Shown here one piece after another: positions 10,643 to 19,900 of a DNA stretch of 64,000 nucleotides (its first letter is position 1; the number at the start of each line of letters is the position of its first letter). Below the pieces are notes generated by a model. That model was given only the letters and a program-made list of their open reading frames with translations, ran no database searches and had not been told where the DNA came from. The translations under genes were made by a program, and so were the position numbers. Origin of the DNA: Clostridia bacterium (GTDB lineage Bacteria; Bacillota; Clostridia; Peptostreptococcales; Anaerovoracaceae). The stretch is taken from the NCBI GenBank assembly GCA_900754795.1, contig CAAEEA010000081.1, forward strand, positions 6,314 to 70,313. Direction: 5' to 3'.

Positions 10643-10828
10643 TTATTCTGCTGCGTTACCTTCTTTTATCCACGCATCGACCTCGGATATCTTAAACTTC
10701 CAAAGTCTACCGACCTTTGATGCAGGCATTTCACGCTTTGCAATCCAAGTTAGGACGGTATCACGACTGACTCCAAGATGCTCCATAATTTCTTTAAGAG
10801 AACACCATCTTTCTGCTTCGTTGTTCAT
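10643..10828 (-). CDS. Excisionase-family / MerR-like HTH DNA-binding protein (61 aa).
   Basis: Internal Met with RBS GAAGGAGGTTCGT-ATG. The sequence MNNEAERWCSLKEIMEHLGVSRDTVLTWIAKREMPASKVGRLWKFKISEVDAWIKEG follows the HTH_17/excisionase pattern (L..s..TV..wi....P..kvGr.w.f...e.d.W). Confidence 0.7.
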   Translation of the reverse strand: MNNEAERWCSLKEIMEHLGVSRDTVLTWIAKREMPASKVGRLWKFKISEVDAWIKEGNAAE

Positions 10829-10867
10829 ACGAACCTCCTTCGACATAAAGGTATAAAAATCTACTTT

Positions 10868-10896
10868 ATTATACAATATTTTTGGCGTTCTATCAA
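10868..10896 (-). promoter_or_regulatory. Sigma-A type promoter for the three-gene cassette.
   Basis: On the minus strand: TTGATA (10891-10896), 17-nt spacer, extended -10 TGTATAAT (10868-10875). It lies about 40 nt upstream of the HTH start. Confidence 0.65.
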
Positions 10897-10939
10897 TCTA
10901 TTACAGTTGTTTATTGTGGTTTTATAATGGTTAACAAGA

Positions 10940-10976
10940 AAAGATCCATCACAGATTCTATCCGTGATGGATCTTT
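10940..10976 (-). terminator. Intrinsic terminator, probably ending the upstream core operon, at the island/core junction.
   Basis: Perfect 13-bp stem AAAGATCCATCAC / GTGATGGATCTTT with an 11-nt loop, followed on the minus strand by TCTTGTT. Confidence 0.6.
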
Positions 10977-11072
10977 ATTATCCTATTCGGTTTTTGGTTT
11001 TCTTCGTTAAGGACATCCCGCTTTGGGACCGGTTCTTTTTTAATCTCTGTTCCAATATTCGGTCTGGAAACG

Positions 11073-12083
11073 CTATATCCTGCCTGCTCTGGCTGCTTCT
11101 TCCACAGATACCGCTACGGCCACCGTCGCGCCTACCATAGGGTTGTTACCCATTCCCACATAGCCCATCATCGCCACATGAGCAGGAACTGACGAAGATC
11201 CGGCAAACTGGGCGTCTGAATGCATTCTTCCCATGGTATCAGTCATACCGTAAGAAGCAGGCCCCGCGGCCATATTGTCCGGATGGAGAGTTCTGCCGGT
11301 GCCTCCGCCGGAAGCGACGGAAAAATATTTTTTGCCTTTTTCCCAGCATTCCTTTTTATATGTGCCGGCTACGGGATGCTGGAATCTTGTAGGGTTGGTC
11401 GAATTGCCGGTAATGGAGACATCTACGTCTTCAAGGTGCATAACAGCTACGCCTTCGCGGACATCATCTACTCCGTAGCAGCGCACCTGAGCTCTCTCTC
11501 CTTTTGAATAAGGTATTTCTCTGACAACGCTTATCTGCCCGCTGTGGTAATCAAAGCTTGTCTGAACATAAGTAAAGCCGTTTATCCTGGAGATTATCTG
11601 AGCCGCGTCTTTTCCCAGCCCGTTGAGAATCACTCTGAGAGGAGTTTTGCGTACTTTGTTCGCGGATCTTGCAATGCCGATAGCGCCTTCAGCCGCGGCA
11701 AAAGATTCGTGTCCCGCGAGAAAAGCAAAGCACTTTGTCTCATCTCTAAGCAGCATGGCCGCAAGATTGCCGTGTCCTATACCGACCTTTCTGTCCGCTG
11801 CCACAGATCCATCCAGGCAAAAGGCCTGCAATCCTTCACCTATGGCTTCGGCGGCGTCCGCCGCGGTGCGGCAGCCTTTTCTGATCGCTATGGCTGCTCC
11901 TGCTACGTAAGCGTAGCGTACGTCTTCAAAGCATATGGGCTGTATGTTTTTTGCGGTCTCATAAGGGTCGATTCCCGCTTTTTCACAGATTTCCCGCGCG
12001 TCCATGAGGTCTTTTATCCCGTATTTGCCGAGGACGGACAGGATATTGCCGATTTTTCTTTCGTAGTTTTCAAAGGTTATCAT
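11073..12083 (-). CDS. GGGtGRT family protein.
   Basis: Literal GGGTGRT motif (11289-11309) within SVASGGGTGRTLHPDN. RBS GGAGGACAGAG-ATG. Confidence 0.8.
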   Translation of the reverse strand: MITFENYERKIGNILSVLGKYGIKDLMDAREICEKAGIDPYETAKNIQPICFEDVRYAYVAGAAIAIRKGCRTAADAAEAIGEGLQAFCLDGSVAADRKVGIGHGNLAAMLLRDETKCFAFLAGHESFAAAEGAIGIARSANKVRKTPLRVILNGLGKDAAQIISRINGFTYVQTSFDYHSGQISVVREIPYSKGERAQVRCYGVDDVREGVAVMHLEDVDVSITGNSTNPTRFQHPVAGTYKKECWEKGKKYFSVASGGGTGRTLHPDNMAAGPASYGMTDTMGRMHSDAQFAGSSSVPAHVAMMGYVGMGNNPMVGATVAVAVSVEEAARAGRI

Positions 12084-12093
12084 CTCTGTCCTC

Positions 12094-12786
12094 CTATTCT
12101 CTTCTCGGGTCTATCGTTTTGACTGCTTCGCTGAAACGGCCGTATTCTCCGCGGGCTTTTTCGATTGCTTCCGCCGGGTCAGCGCCGTCTTTGATCGCGT
12201 CCATCATCTTGCCGATATTCACATACTGATAGCCGATGATGTTATTATCCTCATCGAGAGCCATTTTGGTTATATACCCCTCTGTAAGATCGAGATATCT
12301 GGCTCCTTTGGCTTTGGTTGAATATATCGTGCCTATCTGGCTCCTCGATCCCTTTCCCAGATCTTCCATGCCGGCGCCTACAGCCAGTCCTCCTTCAGAA
12401 AACGCGGACTGGCTCCGTCCGTAAACTATCTGCAGGAAAAGCTCTCTCATGGCCGTATTGATAGCGTCGCACACGAGGTCGGTATTCAGAGCTTCGAGCA
12501 GAGTCTTTCCCGTCAGTATTTCCCCGGCCATAGCCGCCGAGTGGGTCATGCCGGAACAGCCTATCGTCTCGACAAGCGCTTCTTCTATGATTCCGTCTTT
12601 AACGTTGAGAGTAAGCTTGCACGCGCCCTGCTGCGGAGCGCACCAACCGACGCCGTGTGTAAGCCCGGAGATATCTTTGATCTCTTTTACCTGCGTCCAT
12701 TTTCCCTCCTGAGGGATCGGAGCCGGTCCGTGATACGCGCCCTTGTTAACAGGGCACATATTTTCGATTTCTTTGGTATATATCAT
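12094..12786 (-). CDS. NifU/IscU-like iron-sulfur cluster scaffold domain protein.
   Basis: GVGWCAPQQGACKLTLNVKDGIIEEALVETIGCSGMTHSAAMAGE resembles the NifU N-terminal domain. It is paired with the GGGtGRT gene. Confidence 0.65.
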   Translation of the reverse strand: MIYTKEIENMCPVNKGAYHGPAPIPQEGKWTQVKEIKDISGLTHGVGWCAPQQGACKLTLNVKDGIIEEALVETIGCSGMTHSAAMAGEILTGKTLLEALNTDLVCDAINTAMRELFLQIVYGRSQSAFSEGGLAVGAGMEDLGKGSRSQIGTIYSTKAKGARYLDLTEGYITKMALDEDNNIIGYQYVNIGKMMDAIKDGADPAEAIEKARGEYGRFSEAVKTIDPRRE

Positions 12787-12889
12787 TTGTTCCTCCCGGA
12801 TTCATCAGTTCTTACATTTTATTTAATCACAACCCGGGGCAAAATTCAATGGTAAAAGGCAGAAAATGATCCGCCGTGTTATTCTCTTC

Positions 12890-13786
12890 TTATCTTGCTT
12901 TTCTGCGGGCAGAATTAAGTACTATGTACACAGAAATCAGTATCACGATAGCTGCTGCAAGAATCAGATATTTTTGAGTTTCTCCGACAGAATCTCCGGC
13001 AAAGTATATATTGCAGTCAAGAGCATCCCTCAGACCGTCCGTTACATGAGAAGGCACCCCGCAGCTTTCCATTTCACGGAAAACGCCTCTCATGGAATGT
13101 TCTCTTAGAAGCGATGTGGCATAAGTGCCGGGCAGATAGCTCATCGCCTTTTGCAGTCCCTCGTCAAAAGAAGCGATCGGCATGTATGCTCCGCAGATAA
13201 ATCCATAACCGGCGCTTATTATCGCGCCCACTGCCGAAATCTGCCCCTGCGTAGAAAGGAAAAAATTTATCACCGATGAAAGAGCCGTGCCGAAAAAAGA
13301 AAGCAATGCCACATCAATACAAATCAGCGTCACATCTTCTCCGGACATATACCAGCCCTCCAAATATACATAGCCAAAGCATACGGCCGTCGCGACATAA
13401 CATATCAGCAATGTTGATATCAGCGTCGCGATATAATAACTCACGGACAGAACAGACGGTCTGACCGGAGATATTCGCAAATCTCTGATACTTCCTCCTG
13501 CTTTATCCTGTACCATCAGAAAATTTGAGCAAAATGCCACAGTGACACATGAAACAGCAAGTATAGATGACATGAGCTGCGCTCCAACCAGTCCGTCGAT
13601 TAGGGAGCCGTCGATGTTCATCCCGGCCGGGATACTGCTGTTAAAAGAATCGCGGTAAACCCCTCCGAGAAAAGTTGCATAAAGCACCAGCAGTATGGCC
13701 GGTGTAATCAGGGATGTAAAAAACATTCCCCTGTCTTTAAAAAACAATTTTATATTTCTTTTTATAAGTATCAGAAATGTTATCAT
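12890..13786 (-). CDS. ABC-2 type transporter permease.
   Basis: About six predicted hydrophobic spans. The start overlaps the upstream ATPase stop (ATGA). Confidence 0.75.
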   Translation of the reverse strand: MITFLILIKRNIKLFFKDRGMFFTSLITPAILLVLYATFLGGVYRDSFNSSIPAGMNIDGSLIDGLVGAQLMSSILAVSCVTVAFCSNFLMVQDKAGGSIRDLRISPVRPSVLSVSYYIATLISTLLICYVATAVCFGYVYLEGWYMSGEDVTLICIDVALLSFFGTALSSVINFFLSTQGQISAVGAIISAGYGFICGAYMPIASFDEGLQKAMSYLPGTYATSLLREHSMRGVFREMESCGVPSHVTDGLRDALDCNIYFAGDSVGETQKYLILAAAIVILISVYIVLNSARRKAR

Positions 13787-14697
13787 TTTTCAGAATCTCC
13801 TGTCAGTTTTTTCCCTGTCACAGCCAGGAATACGTCATCCATCTTTCCTTTTGTTATCTCATAATCACTGAACACATCAGGATGACTTACTATGAGTTCT
13901 GTCGCCATTCTCGTATTCGGCACCAAAATGCGGAATGCATCTTTAATAGGCATATATTGCAGTCCAAGCTTTTTTACAGACATCTCACTGGTGCCGTATA
14001 TCGTGATAAAGTCTCCTGTGTATTCGTTTTTAAGCTGCAAAGGCGTTCCTTCCGCAACAATCATGCCATTGTCAATTATAACGACATGATCTGCTTCCGC
14101 CGCTTCTTCCATATAATGTGTAGTCAGAAAGACTGTTACGTTATCATTTTTTCTCAGATCGTATATAACATTCCATATGTTCTTTCGTGTCTGTGGATCC
14201 AGTCCCGTAGTCGGTTCGTCGAGTATCAATATTCTGGGTTTGTGAAGAAGAGCCCTTGCGATGTCTGTCCTCCTTCTTTGACCGCCGGAAAGCTTTGAAA
14301 GCGGTCGCTTTTTGAGCCTTTTAAAATCAAGAAGGTCTGACAGTTCATCAAATCGCTGCCTGAAAGCCCTGCCTGTTATCCCGTACAAAGCCGCTCTGCA
14401 TTCAAGATTGTCATATACGCTCATGGCCGAGTCAAGTACTGAATTCTGAAAGACAACACCCAGTTCCTGCTTGATAGCAACAATGTCCTTATCTGCGTTC
14501 ATTCCGTCAATGATCACGGTGCCGCTGTCTTTTGCAAGCTGACCGCACATAATATTAATAGTCGTGGATTTGCCGGCGCCGTTAATCCCAAGGAACGCAA
14601 AAAGTTCCCCTTCTTTCACTTTAAAGCTCAGATCATTTATCGCCTTTATCTTGCCAAAATTTTTGTTCAAGTTGCTGATTTCAATTACGTTTTTCAT
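13783..14697 (-). CDS. ABC transporter ATP-binding protein.
   Basis: Walker A GINGAGKST, signature LSGGQRRR, Walker B ILILDEPT. I chose the internal Met (MKNVIEISNL) over the track start. Confidence 0.9.
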   Translation of the reverse strand: MKNVIEISNLNKNFGKIKAINDLSFKVKEGELFAFLGINGAGKSTTINIMCGQLAKDSGTVIIDGMNADKDIVAIKQELGVVFQNSVLDSAMSVYDNLECRAALYGITGRAFRQRFDELSDLLDFKRLKKRPLSKLSGGQRRRTDIARALLHKPRILILDEPTTGLDPQTRKNIWNVIYDLRKNDNVTVFLTTHYMEEAAEADHVVIIDNGMIVAEGTPLQLKNEYTGDFITIYGTSEMSVKKLGLQYMPIKDAFRILVPNTRMATELIVSHPDVFSDYEITKGKMDDVFLAVTGKKLTGDSEK

Positions 14698-14801
14698 CTG
14701 ATTCCCGATCTTTCCTTTTTTTAACCCATATCTATACATGCGGAAAACCGCGCATCATTATTCGCGAAGCGCGGTTCCCAAATATTATGTTTCGTCTGAA
14801 G

Positions 14802-16898
14802 CTATTCTTCTTCTGATCTTCTCCTCTGCTTTGCAGCAGCTGCTCCGCCGGCAATACCGGCAGCGGCGATCATGGCAAGTATCCAAAGTTCTGCCTGGCT
14901 GGCATCGCCTGTCTCGGTCATTTCTGACTCTTCTTTTTCTCCGCCTGATGCAGCAATGTCATCTTTCACTCCCGTTTGCATATCTTCAGCTGCATCATCA
15001 GCTCCGAGCGCTTCAATTACAACTCCTTTTTCAATAATCTGTCCGCAGGTCGGGCATGTAACATCTCCTGAATATCCGGCTTCTTCATCAGTGGCCGCCA
15101 CAGCACCCACCAGTTCTGCTTTCGCGACATCATGACTGCATTTTGCCACTATCCTCCCCTCGCCGTATACATTTTCATAAGGTGAGTTGTCGGCAGTAAT
15201 CACAGGAAGCCCGCGCTCTTCATCTACAGGGAAAGATTCGATATAATTTGCCAGCACCATGTAGTCTTCCATTACATAGTCTACCACATTTACCGCTCCA
15301 TCAAACATTGCAAATCCGTCGCCAAGATCTCTGAGAGTGTAGTTATATCCCGCAAGATTATATGCGGCGTCAAGATCCAGAGGTTGATAAGATTTGCTCT
15401 CTTTGTCGTATATCATCACGTTTCTTACGCGATATTCTCCTGTAGGACCGCCGACCCATACACCTTTGTCATCTGCCTGCACAGTGGATTCAATGTAAGG
15501 ATTTATCTCATAGGTCAGGCCCGATACATGAAGGAATCCGCCTGATTCCGATTCCGGCATATCGGCTCTGTAGTCCTTGACTCCCCATTCAAGTGCGTCA
15601 AGTATCTGCTGACCCGTTACAGTCTGAAGACAGGCCACATTACCGAATGTATGTATATCTTTGCATGAAAGATATGTGAGGTCGCCTGTGATCGCTCCGT
15701 TTCTGATACCGCCTCCGTTCATCACGGCAACATCAACGTCGAGATCCATCTCATCGAAAAGATAGTATAAGGCGTCCGCAGCAAAATCACCTGTATTCGT
15801 CTCCTGACGGCGTACAAGACGGTTTCCGTTTTCATCGTAGTTATCGAACACCACTTCTGCACGTCCTATCACCTGTCCCAGTTCTGCGGTCAGTTCTTCT
15901 ATCCATGCATCCTCAATGGCGGCAGTTTCAGCGTCTTCTACTCTTTCCTCAAAACCTGCAACCGGATTTCCGTCTGCGTCAACGCCCGACTCAGTCAGAA
16001 GCTCAGTACTGATGGCTCCGTCCGCTGATATCGTCATCTGACCTACCGCATCAAAATATGATCCGGTCTGTGTAAGAACAACTTCCTTTCCGGATCCGTC
16101 ACTGACGATCTGATTTTCTATTACTGTGTGAGAATGGCCGTCAATGAAAGCATCAAGTCCGGTAGTGTTAGCTATGACGTCTGTCGATCTCCATGGAGCT
16201 GAGCTCAGATCCACACCAAGATGTCCAAGAGCGATAACAACATCCGCTCCTTCGGCTCTGGCGCCGTCGATGGCTTTCTGTACATCATCGTAGAGAGCCT
16301 GTCCGTCTGTTCCGCCTGATATGCCGTAGATATAATTGCCGTTTTCATCCTGGAAATACGCCGGCGTCGATTTTGTAAATGTTTCCGGCGTCGTTATTCC
16401 GATGAACGCTACCTTCATCCCGCCTCTTTCAAAAATCACGTAACTTTCCAGGACGTTATCTCCTCTGACACCGTCGTTTTCTTCGTAGAAATTGCAGGAT
16501 ACGTAAGGGAAGCTCCCGTTCTCGGTTATCTCAAGCGCTTTGAGCATCCCGTAATCAAATTCGTGATTTCCCATCGTAGCAAGATCATAGCCGGCAGATT
16601 TCATCAGGTCTATGATCGTATCACCTTCATCCATGGAACCGTAAGCGGTTCCCTGAATATGGTCTCCGCAATCAACAAGCAGGGTATTTTCGCCCAGCCC
16701 GTCTTTGAGAGCCGACAGCTTGGCATAGTTCCAGCCGGCTTCTTCATCTGTATCATTGTCAATATACGTATGGATATCATTAGTATAAAGTATTGTCACA
16801 TCTTCTGTTTGAGCCATAACTGTCTGAGGTATCACAAGAGTCAGCAACATGCACAGCGCAATGGCTATACTTAGGATACGCTTTTTCTTGTTCTTCAT
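14802..16898 (-). CDS. Secreted bifunctional metallophosphatase/5'-nucleotidase with a C-terminal membrane/cell-wall anchor.
   Basis: Signal peptide; NDIH, GDH and GNHEFD metallophosphoesterase motifs; a 5'-nucleotidase C-terminal region. The tail is TETGD + hydrophobic stretch + KQRRR. Confidence 0.85.
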   Translation of the reverse strand: MKNKKKRILSIAIALCMLLTLVIPQTVMAQTEDVTILYTNDIHTYIDNDTDEEAGWNYAKLSALKDGLGENTLLVDCGDHIQGTAYGSMDEGDTIIDLMKSAGYDLATMGNHEFDYGMLKALEITENGSFPYVSCNFYEENDGVRGDNVLESYVIFERGGMKVAFIGITTPETFTKSTPAYFQDENGNYIYGISGGTDGQALYDDVQKAIDGARAEGADVVIALGHLGVDLSSAPWRSTDVIANTTGLDAFIDGHSHTVIENQIVSDGSGKEVVLTQTGSYFDAVGQMTISADGAISTELLTESGVDADGNPVAGFEERVEDAETAAIEDAWIEELTAELGQVIGRAEVVFDNYDENGNRLVRRQETNTGDFAADALYYLFDEMDLDVDVAVMNGGGIRNGAITGDLTYLSCKDIHTFGNVACLQTVTGQQILDALEWGVKDYRADMPESESGGFLHVSGLTYEINPYIESTVQADDKGVWVGGPTGEYRVRNVMIYDKESKSYQPLDLDAAYNLAGYNYTLRDLGDGFAMFDGAVNVVDYVMEDYMVLANYIESFPVDEERGLPVITADNSPYENVYGEGRIVAKCSHDVAKAELVGAVAATDEEAGYSGDVTCPTCGQIIEKGVVIEALGADDAAEDMQTGVKDDIAASGGEKEESEMTETGDASQAELWILAMIAAAGIAGGAAAAKQRRRSEEE

Positions 16899-17000
16899 AT
16901 TTCTCTCCTTTCGTCTGTTGCCCGCATACGATGCGGTATCTTATATTTCAATGATACCTCAATAGTTTTAAACTGTCCTCAGCGGAAAGTAAAATATATA

Positions 17001-17774
17001 TTAACTTAATTCCTTTCGCATGGCGGAAAGGGCGTTCTTTTCAAGGCGGCTTACCTGCGCCTGAGAAATTCCTATTTCCTTTGCCACTTCCATCTGCGTC
17101 TTGCCTTCAAAAAATCTGATGTTGAGAATATGTCTTTCTCTCGGAGTCAGTTTATCCATGGCCTCAGACAGTGAAATATTCTCTATCCATCTGGCGTCAG
17201 TATTTTTGCTGTCAGATACCTGATCCATCACATACACCGCGTCGCCGTCATCGTGGAAGACCGGTTCAAAAAGAGACACGGGCTCCTGTATGGACTCGAG
17301 CGCCGCCACCACCTCTTCGCGGCTGACTCCCATATACTGAGCTATCTCCCCTACAGACGGTTCCTTTTGCTTTTCTCCCGCAAGGACTTCTCGCGCCTGA
17401 AGGGATTTATACGCAAGGTCTCTCATGGACCGCGATACCCTGATGGAATTATTGTCTCTGAGATATCTCCTCACTTCGCCAACTATCATCGGCACCGCAT
17501 ATGTGGAAAATTTCACTCCGTGCTTCAGGTCAAAATTTTCCAGAGCCTTGATAAGGCCTATGCACCCCACCTGAAAAAGATCGTCCGGATTTTCACCCCT
17601 GTTGGCAAAACGCTGGATCACGCTGAGGACCAGCCTCAGATTGCCGTTAATGAATTTTTCTCTGACAGAAGTGTCACCGTTTTTTATCCTTTCGAGCATC
17701 TCCGTCATTTCAGCCTCTTTGTAAAGAGGCAGTCTGGCAGTGTCAACACCGCAGATCTCAACTTTGTTTGCCAT
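17001..17774 (-). CDS. sigG: Sporulation sigma factor SigG.
   Basis: N-terminus NKVEICGVDTARLPLYKE; sigma-70 regions 2-4 (LRLVLSVIQRF..., QAQVSRLEK). It sits downstream of sigE. Confidence 0.9.
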   Translation of the reverse strand: MANKVEICGVDTARLPLYKEAEMTEMLERIKNGDTSVREKFINGNLRLVLSVIQRFANRGENPDDLFQVGCIGLIKALENFDLKHGVKFSTYAVPMIVGEVRRYLRDNNSIRVSRSMRDLAYKSLQAREVLAGEKQKEPSVGEIAQYMGVSREEVVAALESIQEPVSLFEPVFHDDGDAVYVMDQVSDSKNTDARWIENISLSEAMDKLTPRERHILNIRFFEGKTQMEVAKEIGISQAQVSRLEKNALSAMRKELS

Positions 17775-17857
17775 AATACATACCCATCCTGTTCACATTA
17801 TTTTATTTTAGTTATGTACTATGGCGGCCTGTGTTATGTGTGTCAAAGTGTGGGAAA

Positions 17858-18586
17858 TCAGCCGAGTTTTTTTATTTCCTTTTGCAGTCTTGATATTATG
17901 CGCTTTTCAAGGCGCGATATGTATGACTGGGATATTCCCATTCTGTCGGCGACTTCTTTCTGAGTCATTTCCCGTCCGTTCCTGAGTCCAAACCTCATTT
18001 CCATAAGTTCTTTTTCTCTCGGCTCCAGTTTCTTCATGGCGCCGTACAGCAGTTTGCGGTTAACTTCGTCTTCAAGTCTGTGATACACCACGTCGCTGTC
18101 GGTACCGAGTATATCCGAGAGAAGGAGCTCATTGCCGTCCCAGTCGACGTTGAGAGGCTCATCAAGGCTGACCTCGCTTTTAAGCCTGGCTGTCCTGCGC
18201 AGATGCATCAGTATTTCGTTTTCGATGCACCGTGAAGCATAGGTGGCCAGCTTTATGTTTTTTTCCGGTTTAAAAGTATTGACGGCTTTGATCAGTCCTA
18301 TCGTGCCTATAGATATCAGATCCTCAACATTGACTCCGGCGTTTTCAAATTTCTTTGAAATGTACACGACAAGGCGAAGATTACGCTCTATGAGTATGGC
18401 CCTCGCCTCTTTGCTCCCTCCCGCGTATTCTTTTAACAGTTCCGCTTCTTCCCCTCGTGTGAGCGGAGGCGGCAGAACATCGTTTCCTCCTATGTAAAAA
18501 AGAGTTCCGGCTCTTAATGCCTCTTTTATCTTCCATATCAGTCTAAGGCTTTCCCCAAGGCCTCTTGCCATCAGCTCTTTATACAT
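17858..18586 (-). CDS. sigE: Sporulation sigma factor SigE (pro-sigma-E).
   Basis: Pro-sequence followed by [17 protein letters not shown]; sigma-70 regions; directly follows spoIIGA. Confidence 0.9.
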   Translation of the reverse strand: MYKELMARGLGESLRLIWKIKEALRAGTLFYIGGNDVLPPPLTRGEEAELLKEYAGGSKEARAILIERNLRLVVYISKKFENAGVNVEDLISIGTIGLIKAVNTFKPEKNIKLATYASRCIENEILMHLRRTARLKSEVSLDEPLNVDWDGNELLLSDILGTDSDVVYHRLEDEVNRKLLYGAMKKLEPREKELMEMRFGLRNGREMTQKEVADRMGISQSYISRLEKRIISRLQKEIKKLG

Positions 18587-19395
18587 TACGAAAAAAGTCC
18601 CCTTTCTAAAAAATCTCTGTTCAAAAGTACCTCGAAATCTCTGAAATCACCGCGGTAAAACGCTACGCAGGCATTCTCCACAGATATGCCTTCAAATACC
18701 ACTCTGTCTGTTCTGATTCCCTCAAGGCTGCCCTTATCTGTACCTACCGCCCGGTAAGGTATGACTCTGTATCTTGACGGCAGATCTTTCGCGCGGAAAG
18801 GCAGCCTGCCGGCTCCCCTCTCATCTATGAGAATCACAGGACTGCCGCTGAGCGGTTCTCTCAGGCTGTTTCCCGAATCCACAAAGGCGCTGAAATAATA
18901 GCTCTTGCCTTCGATCACAAGGCGCGCCTGTCCTCTGACAGCCATATCGCTTCCGCGCTTTCTGATCAGTCTTACAAACCAGTACGTTATGCCAAAAGCG
19001 ACCGCCGCCGCGCACATGAGCCATGAATAAGTAACCGCGTCCATGTATATCGTCCCCTGATGAGTAACAGCAGGCTGCTCTTTCCACAGAGTCACGGCCA
19101 TCACGATTCCGCCGGACAGAAAAGTCAGTACAAGAAACAGTGTTCCTGTTATGACGATATTCTTTCGGCCAAAGGCGACCGCCGCGCACACGGCCGCGGC
19201 GCAAATCCTGACGATTGCCGAAAGAGGCCAGTCAATCGGTACAAATATCAGAAACGCTTCAGCCCCGCATATCGCCGCTGCCGCCGCCAGCCTGAGCTTA
19301 ACCGGAGTCTTTCCTGTAAGCCTGCCTGTAAGGGTGAGCAGAATCAGTCCGACTATGAAATTTTCAAGGAAAAGATATTCACCGTAGATGACCAT
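18586..19395 (-). CDS. spoIIGA: Sigma-E processing peptidase SpoIIGA.
   Basis: Five N-terminal TM spans and the aspartic protease motif FVDSGNSL. I chose the start at [13 protein letters not shown] (RBS GGAG 7 nt upstream); the track start at 19455 is possible. Confidence 0.85.
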   Translation of the reverse strand: MVIYGEYLFLENFIVGLILLTLTGRLTGKTPVKLRLAAAAAICGAEAFLIFVPIDWPLSAIVRICAAAVCAAVAFGRKNIVITGTLFLVLTFLSGGIVMAVTLWKEQPAVTHQGTIYMDAVTYSWLMCAAAVAFGITYWFVRLIRKRGSDMAVRGQARLVIEGKSYYFSAFVDSGNSLREPLSGSPVILIDERGAGRLPFRAKDLPSRYRVIPYRAVGTDKGSLEGIRTDRVVFEGISVENACVAFYRGDFRDFEVLLNRDFLERGLFS

Positions 19396-19517
19396 AACGC
19401 GCTCCATCCCATCCGTATGACAATGATACACCTGCGGTCTCGTGAAATTTGTCAAAGGCTGTCGCCCGCAAAAAATAAAAAACCGGCAGAAATCAATCTG
19501 CCGGAAAACATGCCGGT

Positions 19518-19877
19518 TTATTTAGACGCGGCTTTTTTAGCTGTCTCGCAGAGAGCCGCGAATCCCGCCTCGTCGTGGATAGCCATCTCTGAAAGCATCT
19601 TGCGGTTGATCTGGATACCCGCCTTCTTCAGACCGTCCATCAGTCTGCTGTAACTGAGCCCGTTCATTCTCGCGCCTGCGTTTATACGGGCAATCCACAT
19701 CTGTCTGTACTGTCTCTTTTTAAGTTTTCTGCCTACATACGCAGATCTGAGAGCTCTCATAACGGCCGGGTTAGCCGCTCTGAATACTTTGCTCTTTGCT
19801 CCGTAGAAACCCTTAGCCTGTTTTAATATTTTTTTATGTCTCTTATGGGCGTTAACGCCTTTTTTTACTCTTGCCAT
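19518..19877 (-). CDS. rplT: 50S ribosomal protein L20.
   Basis: [29 protein letters not shown]... is the canonical L20 sequence. Confidence 0.95.
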   Translation of the reverse strand: MARVKKGVNAHKRHKKILKQAKGFYGAKSKVFRAANPAVMRALRSAYVGRKLKKRQYRQMWIARINAGARMNGLSYSRLMDGLKKAGIQINRKMLSEMAIHDEAGFAALCETAKKAASK

Positions 19878-19900
19878 TTATCTTACCTCCTGTACCTCGA

